Assembly: GCA_958295855.1 (NCBI GenBank)
Contig: OY282383.1
Coordinates: forward strand, 4,958,329 to 5,022,328
DNA: 64,000 bases
Origin: an uncultured Poribacteria bacterium
Lineage (GTDB): Bacteria; Poribacteria; WGA-4E; WGA-3G
Reading direction: 5' to 3'
The notes beneath the pieces were generated by a model, which did no database searches, had not been told where the DNA came from, and saw nothing but the letters and a program-made list of their open reading frames with translations. Position 1 is the first letter of the stretch. Each line of letters begins with the position of its first letter. Positions 47,826 to 58,200 of this stretch are shown one piece after another. The position numbers and the translations under genes are program-made.

Positions 47826-49544
47826 TTATTTATTGTCTGCCGATGGCAGGGCAGGCTCCACATACAACGTCTTTTCGTGTGTGTAATGCACATAGCCTGC
47901 TACGTTGCCCTTTCGCTTAACGACATAGCGCGCCCATGTATAGTCAACGGGGACATGGCTGGCATGGTGCGCCTTGCTGAAGTAGGCGGCAAGTTGGGCG
48001 GCTTGCAAGAGCGTTGGCATCGGGATGTCGGGGCGGTTTTCTGGGTTGCGGATGATGACATGCGACCCGTGGATTTGCTTTGCGTGGAGCCACATGTCGC
48101 GCGGCTTGGCAATCTGGCGCAAGAGCAGATCGTTGGATTGGCTGTTGCGCCCGACGTACATCTGAAATCCGTTGGTGGAAGTATACTTCCGGAAAGGGCC
48201 TTCGCTCCTCTGCTGTTGCTGTTTACCCCGCTGTTGCGCCCTGAGGTACCCGTTCTCAATAAACTCGGTACGGAGCGCGCGTAGCGAGTCCAGTGTATCC
48301 GCCGATTCAACTTTGGCTTCATAAACGCAGCGGACTTCTTCCGCCGCTTCTAGTTCGGCAAGCCGCTGTTGGATAAGCGAATACCCTCGTTTTGCCTTGG
48401 TGTATTTCTTGAAATAGGTTTGTGCGTTTGCGGAAGGTGTCTGTTCCGGATTGAGCGGAATTAAGAGCGTTTCCAATTCTGGGCTATAGTAATTTTGCAA
48501 CGCAACCTGTTTTTGCCCGCGGGTGATGGTGTGTAGATTTGCAAGAAGCAGTTCGCCCTGAATGCGATAATCTTCTGATTTTTCGGCACGTTCTAAATCT
48601 GCACGCAACCCATTCGCTTTTCGCTGCAGCAGATTCTGCTGTTTTTCCAATGCCTGTGTGAGGGTGCGTTGTTCCGATGCGATGTTCTCCTTCAAGGTGA
48701 TTGCCTCGTAGTAGGCAGTCAGTGCCTCGCTCATCGTTTCAAACGTCTGGCAGGTGGCATTCGGAAATTGGTACAACGGTATCGGGGAAGCGGCTATAGG
48801 CTCCGTACCCTCCATGAGCAGTTGTGGAGAGGCATGCCTCGGATCTAAACAGGCGATAACCTGCTGATAGGCATCCCATAGTTCTGTCTCCTCAGCCCGC
48901 GCGACAATCTCCTTCGCGAGTGTCGGGCTGAGCCCATCAATTTTGTTAAAGAGTTGTCGCCAACTCACGGCTACAGGGCCGGACGATAAAAAGAGTTCAG
49001 TAAACGTTGCCTTATCTAGGCTCAACGGATCTAATTTCTCTTGTTGTGGGGGTAAACAGTAGGTTTCACCGGGCAAAACTTCTCGGTGTCGACTCATTGT
49101 TTCGTCAATATGTTTCAGACATTCCAGAATTCTATCCTCAACTGCGTCGATGAGGATGATGTTGCTGTGTTTGCCCATAAACTCTGCAATAATTGCTTTC
49201 GGTGACGGGTGTATCAGTTCATCAGAAACGGGTTGGACAGTTATCTTGAGTATCCGATCCCAACCGAGTTGTTCAATTGCGGTAATAGTACCACGTCTGA
49301 GGTGCGTTGTTAGGAAATCTGCCAGATAGGATTGCTTCTGCCCCTCGGGTGGCTTTTGAATGAGATGGGCACGGGCATGCACAGAATGGGCAGATAAAGT
49401 GAGCCAGTGCGTTTGGGCAGCGCGACCGATCTTGAATGAAAAGGTGTGTGGGTTGGCTTGTTCAATGTGCCGGATGGTGCTGCCCAAAAGGGTTTGGCGC
49501 AATTCGTGCGTAACAAGGCGTAAGGCTAAGCTATCATAAGACAT
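47826..49544 (-). CDS. rqcH: NFACT-family ribosome quality control protein (RqcH/FbpA-like)
   Basis: N-terminal NFACT-N (DSLALRLVTHELRQTL…PHTFSF). C-terminal NFACT-R/DUF814 (DMWLHAKQIHGSHVIIRNPE…). Confidence 0.75.
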   Translation of the reverse strand: MSYDSLALRLVTHELRQTLLGSTIRHIEQANPHTFSFKIGRAAQTHWLTLSAHSVHARAHLIQKPPEGQKQSYLADFLTTHLRRGTITAIEQLGWDRILKITVQPVSDELIHPSPKAIIAEFMGKHSNIILIDAVEDRILECLKHIDETMSRHREVLPGETYCLPPQQEKLDPLSLDKATFTELFLSSGPVAVSWRQLFNKIDGLSPTLAKEIVARAEETELWDAYQQVIACLDPRHASPQLLMEGTEPIAASPIPLYQFPNATCQTFETMSEALTAYYEAITLKENIASEQRTLTQALEKQQNLLQRKANGLRADLERAEKSEDYRIQGELLLANLHTITRGQKQVALQNYYSPELETLLIPLNPEQTPSANAQTYFKKYTKAKRGYSLIQQRLAELEAAEEVRCVYEAKVESADTLDSLRALRTEFIENGYLRAQQRGKQQQQRSEGPFRKYTSTNGFQMYVGRNSQSNDLLLRQIAKPRDMWLHAKQIHGSHVIIRNPENRPDIPMPTLLQAAQLAAYFSKAHHASHVPVDYTWARYVVKRKGNVAGYVHYTHEKTLYVEPALPSADNK

Positions 49545-49614
49545 GAGAAAAATCTTTAGTGATGTGTGCGGTTGATTGAAAAAAGCAACAAAAGCGGTCG
49601 AGCAGAACCTGTGC

Positions 49615-50553
49615 CTAATGATACTGTTTCAATTGTTGCGTTATGCTATGAAGTTGTTCCTTAATTTTTGAGGGAACGCGCGGATTAAATGGCCCGCCGG
49701 TACCAGCCGCTATATCATCAAAACCGCTTAAAATCATTGCCTCCACAACGGCGGAGTAGTTGTAAACGCGCTCGTTCATAAAGCGGATTTCTTCGAGCGG
49801 TGCAATAGCGGCTTCAATGCGTGCTGAGGTTTCGTGATCTCCGCGGCGTTGGGCGTTGCTGATTTCATCCGAAGCACGTGCAAATGCGACAGCGATGCCG
49901 GAGGTATGCCCTTTCGTGCCCAACAGGGCGGGATAGGTACACCGATCGCCGATACCCCACATGACTAAACCGTTATCGCCGATACCTTCGACGAGGGGTA
50001 TGACATCTTGGGCATCTGTCCCGATTTTCACGCCGATGAAATGCGGTGAGTCGTTTAGCAGACGGATAACTGCCTCCATGTCGCGCTTCTGCCGAAAATA
50101 GTAGAGAAATCGCGCGTTACATCTGCTACCGTAATACTCCCCGAATTCCATATACTGTTCATAGATGCCTTCAGGGCTGGATATGCCTGCTAGCGGCATC
50201 AACAAATATGCATCTGGTGGCTTTTGAAGTTCAGCTTGCGCCTCAATGAGTTGACCAGCTTGATTAATAGGGTTTGGCACGATGCCTGATACGAGGATAC
50301 CCTCCTCACCGATTTGCTGTCCTGTTCTATCAATAAGGCGTAGTTGTTCTGTTTCATTGATGTGGTGAATGAGGCTGGTTCCCGCTATAGCGATGACGCG
50401 CTTCCGCCCCTGGTCCAAGTAGTTATTCCGCATCAAGTAGTCAACATTTTTCGCATGGCCTGCGTAATCGATCTTGCCTCCATTGAAAGGGATAATAGGA
50501 ATTGCTGTAACTGAATTGAGTGCATCCAAAAGCAGCGATAACTCTAATGCCAT
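49615..50553 (-). CDS. dihydrodipicolinate synthase/N-acetylneuraminate lyase family (class I aldolase) protein
   Basis: FIGVKIGTDAQD (Schiff-base Lys context). TIM-barrel length and glycine pattern. Subfamily not assignable. Confidence 0.55.
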   Translation of the reverse strand: MALELSLLLDALNSVTAIPIIPFNGGKIDYAGHAKNVDYLMRNNYLDQGRKRVIAIAGTSLIHHINETEQLRLIDRTGQQIGEEGILVSGIVPNPINQAGQLIEAQAELQKPPDAYLLMPLAGISSPEGIYEQYMEFGEYYGSRCNARFLYYFRQKRDMEAVIRLLNDSPHFIGVKIGTDAQDVIPLVEGIGDNGLVMWGIGDRCTYPALLGTKGHTSGIAVAFARASDEISNAQRRGDHETSARIEAAIAPLEEIRFMNERVYNYSAVVEAMILSGFDDIAAGTGGPFNPRVPSKIKEQLHSITQQLKQYH

Positions 50554-50566
50554 TATGATTCTCCTT

Positions 50567-51385
50567 TTAAAATCTTTTTCTTAAAACGAATACGCTCTCC
50601 AAGGCCCCTGCCGACACGTCAGTTTGCACATCTATTTCAAGGGTATTGGATTGTGTCTGCTTTAGGTTCCAATGTTTCGTTGTGATTCGTGCTTCAACTG
50701 CACTAATAACATGGTTTAAAATCGTTAAGCCTAAGAAGAACTTCGCACGTTCAAAGGTATCGTTCGCTTTTTGTCTTAATTCAAAAGCATCCAGCCGGTC
50801 GCGCGAGTCAAATTCAATGTCTACATCGGGTTCATCTTTGAAGGGTTTCGCATCCTCCCAGTACCACTTGCCAGTGCGCGCCCGGGTCGCCTCTGAATCG
50901 TAGACATGGTTCCAGTTTTCATATTGTGTGGCGTGTTCAAAATCCTCGATGGGATCCCAGTTTTCAAAGGAGCCGGGGCCGTCGAAGATAACGTGTTGTC
51001 TGACAACATCGCGGTACTCGTCGCGCGTATTTACGGCGGCGTTTCGCAGGATAAAGTAGGTTGCAAGCAAACCGACTTCTGCGGCTGCGTATAGGTAGCC
51101 GCGCTTCGCCCCAGCGTAGAGTTGCCCCGCGCCAGGTAGAACAAGCGAATAGAGAAATGCTTCATTCGGTGATTTCAAAGCCGAATTGAGATAGGCTGAG
51201 GCGTGTTGCCCTTGTTCCATGGAATTTGTTTCAGCGGATTGATTCGATAGCCACCGGTTTCCGAGTGCCGAATCAAGGTAGAAAGCCGTGAACGGATTTG
51301 CCCTGGGCGTGCCGGAGGCAAGACATAAACCGGGTGCTAGACAGAGTGCTATCACAAGCATCAAAATTTGGGTGTTAGATTTCAT
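50567..51385 (-). CDS. secreted hypothetical protein
   Basis: Signal peptide MKSNTQILMLVIALCLAPGLCLASG. Upstream ORF part is a family-B hairpin (…TPAKQGAN…). Confidence 0.4.
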   Translation of the reverse strand: MKSNTQILMLVIALCLAPGLCLASGTPRANPFTAFYLDSALGNRWLSNQSAETNSMEQGQHASAYLNSALKSPNEAFLYSLVLPGAGQLYAGAKRGYLYAAAEVGLLATYFILRNAAVNTRDEYRDVVRQHVIFDGPGSFENWDPIEDFEHATQYENWNHVYDSEATRARTGKWYWEDAKPFKDEPDVDIEFDSRDRLDAFELRQKANDTFERAKFFLGLTILNHVISAVEARITTKHWNLKQTQSNTLEIDVQTDVSAGALESVFVLRKRF

Positions 51386-51434
51386 TGTATTTGCCCCCTG
51401 CTTTGCAGGGGTGTTCCACTTAAAGTGTTTTCCT

Positions 51435-52550
51435 TTAAAAGACGAATACGCCGGTTGCTTCGATGAGCCGTTCACGACTGGGACCGAAGCGCGGGCCGTA
51501 TGTCAAATCTAATTTGAATAGGTACACCGATACCCCGATGCCATAAGTGAAGTAATCGGCGAGGTCTGGTAGGTTAATGCCGGGTTCAGTTTTGTAGCCA
51601 ACCCGAAGTGCCAGCAGGTTTCCGAGCCAATACTCTACCCCAAGATTCTTTTGGAGATGCCGCCATTCAAAAGCCCGGATACCGACACCCCGGTCGGAAA
51701 GCAGTTGCTCCCGCGTGAGTTTTTCCGCTCTTTCCGCGTTAAGCCTTTCCAGATCTACGGTTAATTCTTCTTCATTTTCTGCTAATTTATCAATATACGC
51801 GGTAATACCACTCACGAGGCGGATGTGGTTATATCTATCGCGGTAAAGGCTCATTGAAGTGCCCAGCCGGAGCAACCGAGGCAAAGCATCGGCTTGGTTT
51901 TCATCAATAAAAGAGATACCGGGCCCAACGTTTTGAATCGCTGCCCCAACAGTCGTCGGTATCACATTGAAGGGCAGCAGGTATTGCACACCCAAATCGA
52001 CAGCGTAAGAGCTGCCACTTTCCCTGCCGAGGACCATCCGAATCACCTTACCGTTGATGCCTGCGGCTAACGTCTCAGTAATCCTGTCGGCGTAGGAGAA
52101 TGTCAAGGCGAAGTTGGTGCCCAGGCTTTCCTCTCGAAGCACATCGGGGGAATCCGTGGTTACAGCAATCGTGCCTTGTCCTTGCATTTGGAGTGTTGCC
52201 CCGATAGTGCCGACGTTACCGAGGGGCATCGCCCCCGAAAGGAAGGTGTAATATAAGCCTTCGCCAGCCTCACCGAAAGGCCCACTGTAATCTGTATAAA
52301 ACATTGAGGCTTGCGCTGCCTTTTGGCCGGAACGAACCTTGCTCTGGGGCATATCCGCCAAACCGCTTGGGTTCCAAAGCGATGTGGTGACATCACCGGA
52401 CATTGCTGAAAACGCGTCGCCGAGGGCTCTTGCGCGGGCGCCGCCGCCTAAGTTCAAAATTTGCGCGCCTGTCCGCCCTGGTCCTGCCAACACTGTCGGC
52501 GGCAGAAAGCTAACTAAGCCTAAAAAAAGTAGTGTGGAAAATCTGATCAT
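51435..52550 (-). CDS. outer-membrane beta-barrel protein (possibly PorV/UPF0164-like)
   Basis: Signal peptide. Alternating amphipathic strands. C-terminal aromatic …TGVFVF. Confidence 0.4.
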   Translation of the reverse strand: MIRFSTLLFLGLVSFLPPTVLAGPGRTGAQILNLGGGARARALGDAFSAMSGDVTTSLWNPSGLADMPQSKVRSGQKAAQASMFYTDYSGPFGEAGEGLYYTFLSGAMPLGNVGTIGATLQMQGQGTIAVTTDSPDVLREESLGTNFALTFSYADRITETLAAGINGKVIRMVLGRESGSSYAVDLGVQYLLPFNVIPTTVGAAIQNVGPGISFIDENQADALPRLLRLGTSMSLYRDRYNHIRLVSGITAYIDKLAENEEELTVDLERLNAERAEKLTREQLLSDRGVGIRAFEWRHLQKNLGVEYWLGNLLALRVGYKTEPGINLPDLADYFTYGIGVSVYLFKLDLTYGPRFGPSRERLIEATGVFVF

Positions 52551-52984
52551 AATTTTAATTCTCGCTTGCCAAGTGCAAGCCTTCAATAGCGCGCCGATAT
52601 GTCGTAGCGGTATCACCATAAGGTAAACCTACGAAAAATAGCGCATCCTCTTTCCTTATTCCTTTGGTTTGTAAGGGCGGGAGGGTATATATCCCCTGCT
52701 TTGCAGGGGTGTATAAGACACCTGTCTCCGCCGTTTTCTGCAGTGGAAAAACAATACGAATTAAATTAATTTGGTATAACATCTATAATAACGAAAATCG
52801 CGTCAATCGGTTTACATTAATTGCATTGCGACATGTTTGGGCGCTGCAATTGTTGTTGACAGAAAAAAGGGTGAGGTGCTAAAATCCTATACAAGTAGAG
52901 ATGTCGGGCAAGCACTGTGGCATCGCCCCTACAGCTATCAAACGGATACCAAAACACCAAAAGCGGAGAATGGATATATAACAC

Positions 52985-55144
52985 ATGCGAATAGCTTTAG
53001 CAGCCTTCGTAACCCTCTGTTTCTGTGGGTTATTTACAAGCGAAGTTTCTGCGAGTCGAGAGATTAAAGCCGTTTTGACAGAAACGCCCCCTAAAATTGA
53101 TGGAAAATTGGATGATGGGTGTTGGCAAAACGTTGCCAAAACAGGTGAGTTTATCCAATTTGAGCCCGAACGCAGCAAACCTGCAACACAGGCAACCAAT
53201 GTTTACCTCACTTACGATGCCAACAATCTGTATGTCGCTTTTGAATGTTTCAAGGCAGATATGGACAATCTCGCGGCGAATCAGACTCGACGCGACTCCT
53301 TCTTCTTTTCCGATGATCATGTTGAAATTTTAATTGATACCTTTCTTGACGGCCGTAACTGCTATACGTTCGCTTTAAATCCGCTCGGTACGCAGACTGA
53401 CCGGAGGCTTATTAATGAAGGCTCAAACAGACGGACAGGGCAGTCTGCTATCGGAACCGCTATTTCGTGGGACTGCAATTGGGAAGGGCAAGCAGGAAAA
53501 GAGGCAGATAAATGGGTAGCGGAGTTTGCTATTCCGTTTGCCGAACTCCGTTTTTCAAAGGAGATAGCAACCGCAACCTGGGGCATTAACTTCTGGCGAA
53601 ACGATGAATCCCCCGCAGAAGAACAGACATGGGCAGATTTGGGGGAACGCCAATATGCAGTCTCAAAATTTGGACACCTAACCGACCTCCCGCTTACGGA
53701 AGTGGTTACCCAGCGGCCTTTGAAGTTCAAGCCGTATAGCACGTTGAAGCCGCAACTTTCGCAATTTGAAGGCGGTGAGGCGGAGATGAACATCAAAGCG
53801 GATGCAGGGATGGATGTGAGGTATCCTATCGCGGATTTCACTATAGATTTGACAGTAAACCCAGATTTCGCCCAGATTGAGGCAGACCCGGACCTGGTGA
53901 ATTTAACTGACATTCCACTCCGATTCCCTGAAAAACGCCCTTTCTTCCTTGAGGGAAACGAACTCTTCCAAATGCCGCTTGACCTGTTTTATAGCCGACG
54001 CGTGGAAGACCTGCTCGGGGGCGGAAAGGTCATCGGGAAATACGGCAAATATAATATCGCCCTCATGGGCGCAGTCGCGGGACCGGAGGACATGGAGAGA
54101 GAGATAGAAGATGGCGAACTGCCCCTTGCTAACTATAACTACTCCGTTTTTCGGTTGCAAAGGGAAGTTGGAAAAACGTCATCCGTTGGCATTTTAGGAG
54201 TGAACAAGCAGCGCGGCGCGACTTACGACCGGGCAGGTGGCCTGGATGCGCGAATCCAGCTACCGGCAGACGTGAATCTTAATCTGGAATATGCCCGTGA
54301 ATGGAAGGCCGGTTTCCAGCAGCCTCCTGTAACCCAAGGGCGCGTGAGTGCCCCACCCAGCATTGAGGACGATGTGATTTTTGTTCAGCTCGCCCGTCGG
54401 ACAAATGTGTTCTCGTTGGATGCAGTTTACGCAGACATCGGGGAGAACTTTAACCCTGAAACGGGCTTCGTGCCGCGCGTGGATAGACGGGGCGTTGTCG
54501 TAAGAAGTCGCTATAACAAGCAATATAAGGGTGCGCTTGAAAGGCTGCGCGGCGAAGTGGAATACGAACGCCTGGCAAACCAGGCAGGGCAACTCACCAA
54601 TCACCGCACAAGTTTTAGTGGGCTACTTGGTGTTAAGGATTTCTTTTTCTTCCTCGGGCCGCAGTGGTATTATCACGTCAACGAAGAGAATGAGGTGTTT
54701 ACGGATAGAACTGTGCGCTTTTTCGCTGGGTGGTTCCCACCCAAATATGTTCAGCTCCGGAACACTGGAACGTTCGGGGTGCGCGATGACAAGGATACGT
54801 TCTTTATTCGTCCTGAGATTACGATTCGCCCCACCTCGAAACTCAGTTTTGAGTTCATTCTGCAGCGGCTCCATGAAAGATCCCCGGGTTCAACGCAATG
54901 GAATCTCTCGGAATGGACGCGCCGCTTCGTCGTAGGGTATCAGTTCGCGCAACGGATGTATGCAAGAGCCAGCGCAGAATTTACGTTAGAACGGGAACGC
55001 CGCGTTTTCGGGCTTTTTGCGTATGAGTATCGCCCCGAAAGCACCTTCTTTATTGTTTACAATGACAATCGACATGTGGACGGCGACATCGAGCGGATTC
55101 TGTTTATCAAAATCGCACACCTCTTGAAAACGGAACTTTTTTAG
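52985..55144 (+). CDS. DUF5916/CBM9-like domain secreted protein
   Basis: Signal peptide. N-terminal DGKLDDGCWQNV…YLTYDANNLYVAFEC is typical of CBM9-like N-domains of DUF5916 proteins. C-terminal beta-rich ending in F. Confidence 0.5.
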   Translation: MRIALAAFVTLCFCGLFTSEVSASREIKAVLTETPPKIDGKLDDGCWQNVAKTGEFIQFEPERSKPATQATNVYLTYDANNLYVAFECFKADMDNLAANQTRRDSFFFSDDHVEILIDTFLDGRNCYTFALNPLGTQTDRRLINEGSNRRTGQSAIGTAISWDCNWEGQAGKEADKWVAEFAIPFAELRFSKEIATATWGINFWRNDESPAEEQTWADLGERQYAVSKFGHLTDLPLTEVVTQRPLKFKPYSTLKPQLSQFEGGEAEMNIKADAGMDVRYPIADFTIDLTVNPDFAQIEADPDLVNLTDIPLRFPEKRPFFLEGNELFQMPLDLFYSRRVEDLLGGGKVIGKYGKYNIALMGAVAGPEDMEREIEDGELPLANYNYSVFRLQREVGKTSSVGILGVNKQRGATYDRAGGLDARIQLPADVNLNLEYAREWKAGFQQPPVTQGRVSAPPSIEDDVIFVQLARRTNVFSLDAVYADIGENFNPETGFVPRVDRRGVVVRSRYNKQYKGALERLRGEVEYERLANQAGQLTNHRTSFSGLLGVKDFFFFLGPQWYYHVNEENEVFTDRTVRFFAGWFPPKYVQLRNTGTFGVRDDKDTFFIRPEITIRPTSKLSFEFILQRLHERSPGSTQWNLSEWTRRFVVGYQFAQRMYARASAEFTLERERRVFGLFAYEYRPESTFFIVYNDNRHVDGDIERILFIKIAHLLKTELF

Positions 55145-55191
55145 CGAAGAATCTCATAACGAACAGGCAGATGCCACGCCGTAGAATTTTC

Positions 55192-55219
55192 TTGACAAAG
55201 GGCACTGCTGTAGTATAAA
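55192..55219 (+). promoter_or_regulatory. sigma70-type promoter candidate (TTGACA-16-TATAAA)
   Basis: ttgacaaagggcactgctgtagtataaa, upstream of lnt. A MITE-A copy lies between promoter and gene. Confidence 0.35.
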
Positions 55220-55235
55220 ATTAATGTAATACGTA

Positions 55236-55320
55236 CGAATTTTTTAACATTCCTTGCGGAGTATTGAGAATGCACAATACTTTGTAGCTCTCGTCGGAGG
55301 TTTTTGACGCAAGGTTACAG
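55236..55320. repeat. MITE family A copy in lnt 5' region
   Basis: cattccttgcggagtattgagaatgcacaatactttgtagctctcgtcggaggtttttgacgcaaggtt. Confidence 0.8.
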
Positions 55321-55350
55321 GAAAAGGAGGAGATTCCTACGGAAGACTTT

Positions 55351-56961
55351 TTGAAACGTTATCAACATTGGATATTTGTGGTACTCTCAGCAATACTGCT
55401 GTTTCTCAGTTTCCCGAACGCGAACCTTTTCCCACTTGCGTGGTTTGCGATGGTACCGTTTTTCATTGCACTCAACCGCGCGACAAGTTGGAAATCTGCT
55501 TTTTGCATGGGCTATTTAACGGGCTTCCTCTTTTTTGCTGGGTTATTCGTTGCTATCGTTTTCCTCTACCCCTACGCGAATATCTACCAGACGCTGGTGG
55601 GCTATCTATTATTAGTAGGGTATACTGCGCTCTACTTTGGGGTTTTCGCGGCGTTCGTTCAGCTGTTGCCGTGGCGCTCCGGAGTCCTATTTCCTGTGGC
55701 AGCGGCTTGCATTTGGATAGCTTTAGAGTGGGTGCGTAGTTGGCTGCTAACGGGGTTTCCTTGGGGAAGCATCGGCTATTCGCAATGGAACAATCTGCCG
55801 GGGATACAGATAGCTTCAGTGTTTGGTGTGCATGGTGTCAGTTTCGTCATCGTACTTTTCAATGCGGGTATTGCCACGGTGCTTCGCGCACACCGCCAGT
55901 GGCGGCAGGAGATTGCGGCAATAGGGGTACCACTGATTGTGATGCTCAGCTGCTTCGGTTACGGTGTTTTCCAACTGAGCTCTGTTGAAAGTTCAGTAGC
56001 TGCAGAAAAATCGCGCCCTGGCACTTCCCCTGCCTCAGCTGTCAAAACTGCGTCCCCGAAAACATTAAACATTGGGCTTGTCCCCGGCAACATTTCACAA
56101 CTTCGGAAATGGAAGCTGACTGAATTTCCAGATATCTTCAGACGCTATATAGCATTGACACATGAAGCGAGTCGAGCCGCACCCGATGTCATTATTTGGC
56201 CCGAGACCACGGTGAGAGGGGAAGTGTTATTAAATCATTGGCCAACATACCACGGCAGGTTTAAGCAGATGCTGCGCGAGACAGAGATTCCGATGCTTAT
56301 TGGGGCAACAGATTATGAAAAGGTAGACGCTATGGGCAACAAAGTGGATAAGGTGTACAACCGGGCATTTTCAGTTTCTCCAGAAGGGGAGATTCTCGGC
56401 AAGTATGCGAAAATGCGCCTTGTCCCCTTTGGCGAATATGTGCCTTTGGCGAGTTTCCTCCCCAATTTAATCCAATTTCGACCCACTGAACCGGGAAAAT
56501 CAGTAAACCTTTTGCCCCTGTTCAACGTTAAAAATGCAAGTGTTGAAAAGATAGAGATTGGTGTCTCAATCTGCTTTGAATCCGGATTTCCGGACCATTT
56601 TCGCCGGTTCGTTAAAAAAGGAGCGAAGGTCATGAGCATCCTCATCAACGATGCCTGGTTTGAAGGAACAGCCTTCCCGGAACTCCATTTGTCTATGGCA
56701 CCTTTCCGAGCCGTTGAGAACAGAATTGCTGTAGTCCGTTGTGCGAATGGCGGATTTTCATGCATGTTTGATAAGTTTGGCAGGACAACGACACCGTTGG
56801 TTACCCCGCACACCGCCCAAGAGATTCTCGTTGCAGCTGTACAATTGAGAGAAGGTGAACAAACGCTTTATACCCGCTATGGCGATTGGTTTCCGATTCT
56901 CTGCGCGCTGTTCTGTCTCGGATGGCTAGGTTGGCGAATCTTCGTTCGGTTTCGTCCATAA
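55351..56961 (+). CDS. lnt: apolipoprotein N-acyltransferase
   Basis: At least 6 N-terminal TM helices + CN-hydrolase domain with WPET and ICFESGFPD (E/K/C triad context). Confidence 0.85.
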   Translation: MKRYQHWIFVVLSAILLFLSFPNANLFPLAWFAMVPFFIALNRATSWKSAFCMGYLTGFLFFAGLFVAIVFLYPYANIYQTLVGYLLLVGYTALYFGVFAAFVQLLPWRSGVLFPVAAACIWIALEWVRSWLLTGFPWGSIGYSQWNNLPGIQIASVFGVHGVSFVIVLFNAGIATVLRAHRQWRQEIAAIGVPLIVMLSCFGYGVFQLSSVESSVAAEKSRPGTSPASAVKTASPKTLNIGLVPGNISQLRKWKLTEFPDIFRRYIALTHEASRAAPDVIIWPETTVRGEVLLNHWPTYHGRFKQMLRETEIPMLIGATDYEKVDAMGNKVDKVYNRAFSVSPEGEILGKYAKMRLVPFGEYVPLASFLPNLIQFRPTEPGKSVNLLPLFNVKNASVEKIEIGVSICFESGFPDHFRRFVKKGAKVMSILINDAWFEGTAFPELHLSMAPFRAVENRIAVVRCANGGFSCMFDKFGRTTTPLVTPHTAQEILVAAVQLREGEQTLYTRYGDWFPILCALFCLGWLGWRIFVRFRP

Positions 56962-58110
56962 GCGATGTGCATTCAGACAATGAACCATTACATTTCCCCA
57001 TTAACTTTTGGCTTTCATCAGACACATGTCGCCCCGCTGGGGAAACCAAAGAGTGAGGGTAGGCACGCGGTACTATACACCTGTCGCCCCGCTGGGGCTA
57101 AAGAGGAGCATCGCCGCGCGGCCCACGGACAAAGGCTCGTAGGGGCGGTATGTTTATAGTATCAGGTTGCCCCTTCCGTAGCGAAAACAGAGATTTGGAT
57201 TTTAATTTGAAAATAGATTTGGAATGTGTTAGACTTAAAGCAATGAGCCTATTACCGCGCGGAATATGACTGAGCGTGAGAAACGAAACTTTAGGAGGCT
57301 CCGAAAATGAAGGCGCTGCAAGTCCCAGAGTTTTCGACTTATGAAGAGGAAGCTGCGTTTTGGGATAACCTTGACACCGCTCGGGCATGAAAATATAAGG
57401 GCGAAAGCCTATAGGGTGGGTTGAACGGGGCCACCTAAATACTAGGCACATGTCGCCCCGCTGGGGCTAAGGATGAGGGTAGGCACGCGGTACTATACAC
57501 ATGTCGCCCCGCTGGGGCTAAAAACGTTTCGCATCCCCGCGCCTTAGTCCCGTAGGGACGCAGGGTAGGCACAAGGCCTAGCCCTACAAAAAAAGAAATT
57601 AAGAACACTTTACCGAAAATGTTGCACCGCGAGATGCCCAAAATCCGCGTCATTCTGCGTTATCCGCGTCATTCCGCGATTCAGATAGAGGCGATATACA
57701 TGTCGCCCCGCTGGGGCTAAACAGGAGGGTAGGCATGCGGTACTATACACATGTCGCCCCGCTGGGGCTAAAAACGTTTCGCATCCCCGCGCCTTAGTCC
57801 CGTAGGGACGCAGGGTAGGCACAAGGCCTACCCCTACAAAACAAGAAATTAATAACACTTTTCAGATAGAGGCGATATACATGTCGCCCCGCTGGGGCTA
57901 AACAGGAGGGTAGGCACGCGGTACTATACACATGTCGCCCTGACAGGGCTAAGAGGAAGGAAATAGGAAATCGTCGTGTGGCCTGTAGGGCGAACGATTA
58001 AAATCCGCGTTTTCCGCGTAATCCGTGTAATCCGCGATTCAGACAATGAACCATTACATTCCCCATTCATTTTTGGTTTTTATTCGACACATTTCGCCCC
58101 GCTGGAGCAA
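56950..58110. repeat. second array of composite family-D/E units with paired 24-nt direct repeats (ACATGTCGCCCCGCTGGGGCTAAA) and invariant 31-nt spacers
   Basis: Repeat at about 57030, 57090, 57449, 57510, 57698, 57760, 57879, 57940 and 58090. Spacer gagggtaggcacgcggtactatac conserved. gggtaggcacaaggcctacccctac modules. No ORF. Confidence 0.85.
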
Positions 58111-58200
58111 GGCCCCCTGGGCCTCAGCCCGCGTTCAACCCGCTAGACTATAGGGGGAGGTGCTGTACCTCAGCCCTTTTATTTTAGATTTGAGGAATTA

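Noticed and set aside
56950-58110. Second possible CRISPR array of the same repeat
   Set aside because: Same reasons: conserved spacers (gagggtaggcacgcggtactatac), modular larger unit and no cas genes.
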